Of a stretch of DNA of 64,000 nucleotides, positions 61,169 to 64,000 are shown one piece after another. The DNA comes from Deltaproteobacteria bacterium. Its GTDB lineage: Bacteria; Desulfobacterota; Desulfomonilia; UBA1062. The position numbers were made by a program, and so were the translations under genes. Under the pieces are notes generated by a model. The model was not told where the DNA came from, ran no database searches, and saw nothing but the letters and a program-made list of their open reading frames with translations. Location: positions 537-64,536 of the forward strand of contig DAOPXM010000019.1 of NCBI GenBank assembly GCA_035352355.1. Reading direction: 5' to 3'. The stretch's first letter is position 1, and the number at the start of each line of letters is the position of its first letter.

Positions 61169-61455
61169 ACCTACCTCCTCGAATATGAGCATGTACTCAC
61201 ATTATTCGTGTATAAATATAATCGGAATCTTGTGTCAAGTCAAACGTGAGTTATTATTCACATTTAAGATTGACACCGGGGGGATCGGGGATTAATTCTC
61301 ATACAAACATTTACTGGCCCGGCACAATTGCCGTCAACGGTATACGGCTACATGCCGGGATTCTGTTTATTGTGATGTGTTTGTCGGGTCAATAAATATA
61401 TCATAGTGACTGGCGGAGAGCAAAGAGAGGGGCCGTGCGGCCCGGGAGAGACGGA

Positions 61456-62052
61456 ATGAGCGTTCGCATTCCCAAGCAGAAGAGGAGCATGGAACGGAAG
61501 GTGCGGATCATGGATGCTGCACGGGAGCTGTTTGCGAAGAAGGGGCTCGCGGGCACGAGCTCCAATGAGATCGCCCGGGAGGCCGGTGTGTCCATCGGTA
61601 CCTTCTACAGCTACTTCGAAAACAAGAGGGCCCTGTTCCTCGAGATCCTGAAGGATCATCTCGGGACCTTCGTCACGGACATCTACACTTTGAAGACCGA
61701 CGCCACCATCCCCATACGGGACAACATCAGGGAGCACATCATGAAGGCCTTCCGGGTGTTCGACCTCCACCCGTCCTTCCACAAGGAAGCCCTGGTGCTC
61801 AAGTTCTCCGACCCGGACGTGAGGAGTCTCTTCGACAAGTTCGAGCAGGAGCAGCTGGCCATTATCAGCGAGCTCGTCAGGCCCTACTGCACGAACAGGG
61901 ACCCCGGTAGCCTGCAGGAGGTGTCGAAGGTCATGCACAGCGCGGTGGAGAGCATCGCCCATGCGGTGAAGTTCCTCCATTCCCCCCTCGATGCCGACCG
62001 TCTCGTCGCCGAGCTCACCGAGATGATCCACCAGTACGTCATCAGCCTCTGA
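61456..62052 (+). CDS. TetR/AcrR-family transcriptional regulator
   Basis: HTH: RIMDAARELFAKKGLAGTSSNEIAREAGVSIGTFYSYFENKRALF. 198 aa. Divergent from the SCP2/TPP/ADH operon. Confidence 0.85.
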   Translation: MSVRIPKQKRSMERKVRIMDAARELFAKKGLAGTSSNEIAREAGVSIGTFYSYFENKRALFLEILKDHLGTFVTDIYTLKTDATIPIRDNIREHIMKAFRVFDLHPSFHKEALVLKFSDPDVRSLFDKFEQEQLAIISELVRPYCTNRDPGSLQEVSKVMHSAVESIAHAVKFLHSPLDADRLVAELTEMIHQYVISL

Positions 62053-62075
62053 CAGCCCTTCCCGCCGAGCCGTAG

Positions 62076-62681
62076 CTACAGCTTCCTGAAACAGGACACC
62101 GTGCTGGGGCAGACCTGGCCGCTCACTGTGATCCCTTCCACGTACCAGTACAGGGTCGAGCCCGAGGGGACGAACATGCTCCAGAAAGAGGAGGATATAG
62201 TGCAGGCCGCGGCGCTTCCGCAGTATATCCTGGTGTACTCCCTGCCGCCGGGGGAAATGTACAACTTGTACATGGTCACGCCGGATCCCTTCCAGGAAAA
62301 TTTCGGAGGGCTGCTCAGGTACGCCCCCTTGAGCGGGCTGATGAGCTCGACGGCTGCAGCGGCTGTCCCATCACGGGCGGGTACAAACACGCTCACCTCC
62401 GGGGAAAAGGAGGATTCATTGCCCGATGTGTCGTAGGCGGTGAGGGCGACATAGTAGGTCTTTCCGGAGGCGATGCCGGTCAGCTGACAGGCTGTGACCC
62501 TGCCGACGACCACCGGAGAGCCGTAGGTGCGGGAACGCGTTCCGCAGTAAATCCTGTATCCCGCGAGGTCCCGTTCGCTGTTTGCTCTCCATGACAGATG
62601 GAGGGTTGCAGCAGAGCCAGGCGCCGGCAGGATGAACATGAACGATAAAACGAAAAGGGCTGCACACCATGTGCATTTCAT
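62076..62681 (-). CDS. Secreted fibronectin type III-like domain protein
   Basis: Signal peptide MKCTWCAALFVLSFMFILPAPGSA. LSWRANSERDLAGYRIYCG...YYVALTAYDTSGNES FN3 pattern. AGGGAGG RBS before ATG 62681. Confidence 0.65.
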   Translation of the reverse strand: MKCTWCAALFVLSFMFILPAPGSAATLHLSWRANSERDLAGYRIYCGTRSRTYGSPVVVGRVTACQLTGIASGKTYYVALTAYDTSGNESSFSPEVSVFVPARDGTAAAAVELISPLKGAYLSSPPKFSWKGSGVTMYKLYISPGGREYTRIYCGSAAACTISSSFWSMFVPSGSTLYWYVEGITVSGQVCPSTVSCFRKL

Positions 62682-62882
62682 AAAAAACCTCCCTAAAAAA
62701 ACATTCAATGCGCAGAAGTGCCGGCATACTGCGAGCCAGGACCGTATCTGCAGCAGATACAACGGTGGGTGTTCAGTTACCAGGATGAAACGAGACTATT
62801 CCGTACGCCGGACAAACCCTGTCGCAACCATAAGCCTCTACGCCCCCGGCGTCAAGGACGCTCGAAGAGCTTTCGCCCCCGG

Positions 62883-63281
62883 TCACTTTCCGGCATAGGC
62901 CACGCAGGATATCTCCACCATGGCATCCCGGGGGAGCCGGGAAACCTCGACCGTCACCCGGGCGGGTTTCGGGCTCCCGGGAAAAAACGAGGCATAGACC
63001 TCGTTCATGGGCCCGAAGAGAGCCATGTCATCCAGGTAGATCTCCGTTTTGACGACGTTCTCGAGCCCGAGGCCGGTGCGCTTCAGGATGGCCTGGATGT
63101 TCTTCAGGACCTGCGTGGTCTGCTCCTGTATCCCGCCTTCGATGACGAGCATGGTTTCGGGGTCGAGCGGGATCTGCCCCGACACGAAGACGAAATCCCC
63201 TGCCGCCACTGCCTGGGAATACGGGCCGATCGCCCGGGGCGCTTCAGGGGTGGTTACTTCGGAAATGGGGGAGTCGCTCAT
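62883..63281 (-). CDS. ridA: RidA/YjgF-family reactive enamine/imine deaminase
   Basis: APRAIGPYSQAV...FVSGQIP...PARVTVEVSRLPRDAMVEI; 132 aa. Confidence 0.9.
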   Translation of the reverse strand: MSDSPISEVTTPEAPRAIGPYSQAVAAGDFVFVSGQIPLDPETMLVIEGGIQEQTTQVLKNIQAILKRTGLGLENVVKTEIYLDDMALFGPMNEVYASFFPGSPKPARVTVEVSRLPRDAMVEISCVAYAGK

Positions 63282-63374
63282 CGGATCTGACCTCCTTTTT
63301 CATTCAGTACGAAAAACATCCCCGGGGCAGTGCTTCCTGAGGGCACCCCGGCCTGATCTCCCGGGGCCGGCATG

Positions 63375-63617
63375 TCACAGGGCACCCTTGAGCTCTTTCG
63401 CATACAGCACCGTTGCGCCAGATATGATGAGCCGGACCAGGTGGTCGATCTCGCCTTTCATCTTCCTGCCGGTGATCGTGGAATCGTTTCTGAGGTTGTC
63501 CTGGTCCCTGGTGAGCCGTTCGAGGAGGCCCTCGATGTCCCTGATGGTCTGCATGGTCTCCGCATGACCGCTCTCTTTGCCGATGAGCCTCTGCAGGAAG
63601 TCCAGTCCGTCATCCAT
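63375..63617 (-). CDS. Hypothetical 80-aa helical protein
   Basis: MDDGLDFLQRLIGKESGHAETMQTIRDIEGLLERL... AAAGGAAA RBS before ATG 63617. No family assigned. Confidence 0.45.
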   Translation of the reverse strand: MDDGLDFLQRLIGKESGHAETMQTIRDIEGLLERLTRDQDNLRNDSTITGRKMKGEIDHLVRLIISGATVLYAKELKGAL

Positions 63618-63763
63618 GGAGGATTTCCTTTCGTACACAGTTCTTCCCAGGGGATGTATCACAACACTCCCGGCTGCGTCTATACATGATATGAAACCCC
63701 GCACTTATCCCCAGGGGCTGGAAGGACAAATGCAGGTGTTTAAAGTTTAGCGATTCTATGTTA

Positions 63764-63812
63764 TTGAGGGATGTGCTGTATATAAGGCAAAACTCGAGCG
63801 CTTGAGGGATGT
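63764..63812 (+). repeat. Two copies of an 11-nt direct repeat, TTGAGGGATGT, spaced 38 nt start to start
   Basis: Exact copies at 63764-63774 and 63802-63812, flanking a TATATAA-like element, about 85 nt upstream of the HDAC-like gene. Confidence 0.5.
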
Positions 63813-63894
63813 CCCGGTTCCGAAGCAGGGGTGTTCATGGGCGGGAAGGACCTCGGCAGGTCTTGCGTTTCGGGGGTGCTCCGGGAGAGTGCAT

Positions 63895-64000
63895 GTGAAT
63901 TCCGTTTTCATCTATTCCAATAAGTTCGATACCTTCAGCCTGGGGGAGTACCACCCCTTCAAGCCCTACAAGGCCACCATGGTCTATGAGCTCTGCTACC
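63895..64000 (+). CDS. Histone-deacetylase-family (AcuC/acetoin-utilisation-like) protein, 5' fragment truncated by the window end
   Basis: GTG start; VNSVFIYSNKFDTFSLGEYHPFKPYKATMVYELCY resembles the N-terminus of class I HDAC-like amidohydrolases (..HPF.P.R...). Confidence 0.55.
   Translation, partial: MNSVFIYSNKFDTFSLGEYHPFKPYKATMVYELCY

Overview
GC-rich (~60%) bacterial chromosomal window that is almost entirely core or housekeeping. Gene content suggests a Desulfobacterota/deltaproteobacterium-like lineage: a sigma54-type flagellar promoter, an Ahb-type haem gene next to hemL, a split atpZ-atpI-atpB-atpE operon and an MJ0042/DUF3426 protein. That lineage call is inference only.

Left to right:
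- disrupted IS5-family transposase fragment at the left edge, then a HAD hydrolase
- flgM unit divergent from a long flgF-G-A-H-I-J-N-K-csrA operon
- F0 ATP synthase genes and a Bax-like glucosaminidase
- ahb-like gene plus hemL, lon, a short GlmU-like gene
- mreBCD-mrdA-rodA
- a WecG/TagA glycosyltransferase fused to two STAS domains
- MBL hydrolase, NusG_II protein, FadH-like flavoprotein
- an LPS-inner-core-like cluster: two GT9 heptosyltransferases, two Kdo/WaaP-type kinase domains (one fused to a GT2), a radical SAM enzyme and a Gfo/Idh/MocA oxidoreductase
- REC-SHOCT and REC-HD-GYP regulators
- mltG, ruvX, hpt, PilZ, LysM protein, rpsA, sppA, guaB, dnaE, accA
- an unknown protein translationally coupled to pilD
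- LtaS-like transferase, rhodanese-MauE pair
- a TetR-flanked SCP2 / TPP-enzyme / Zn-ADH operon
- FN3 protein, RidA, start of an HDAC-like gene

I saw no rRNA, tRNA, CRISPR array or recognisable defence or prophage module. No clear-cut new system stands out. The best candidates for undescribed biology are the WecG-STAS-STAS fusion, the radical-SAM/oxidoreductase pair inside the core-LPS operon, the GT2-kinase fusion, and the sigma54-driven unknown protein coupled to pilD. The many long antisense ORFs in the track are treated as high-GC artefacts.
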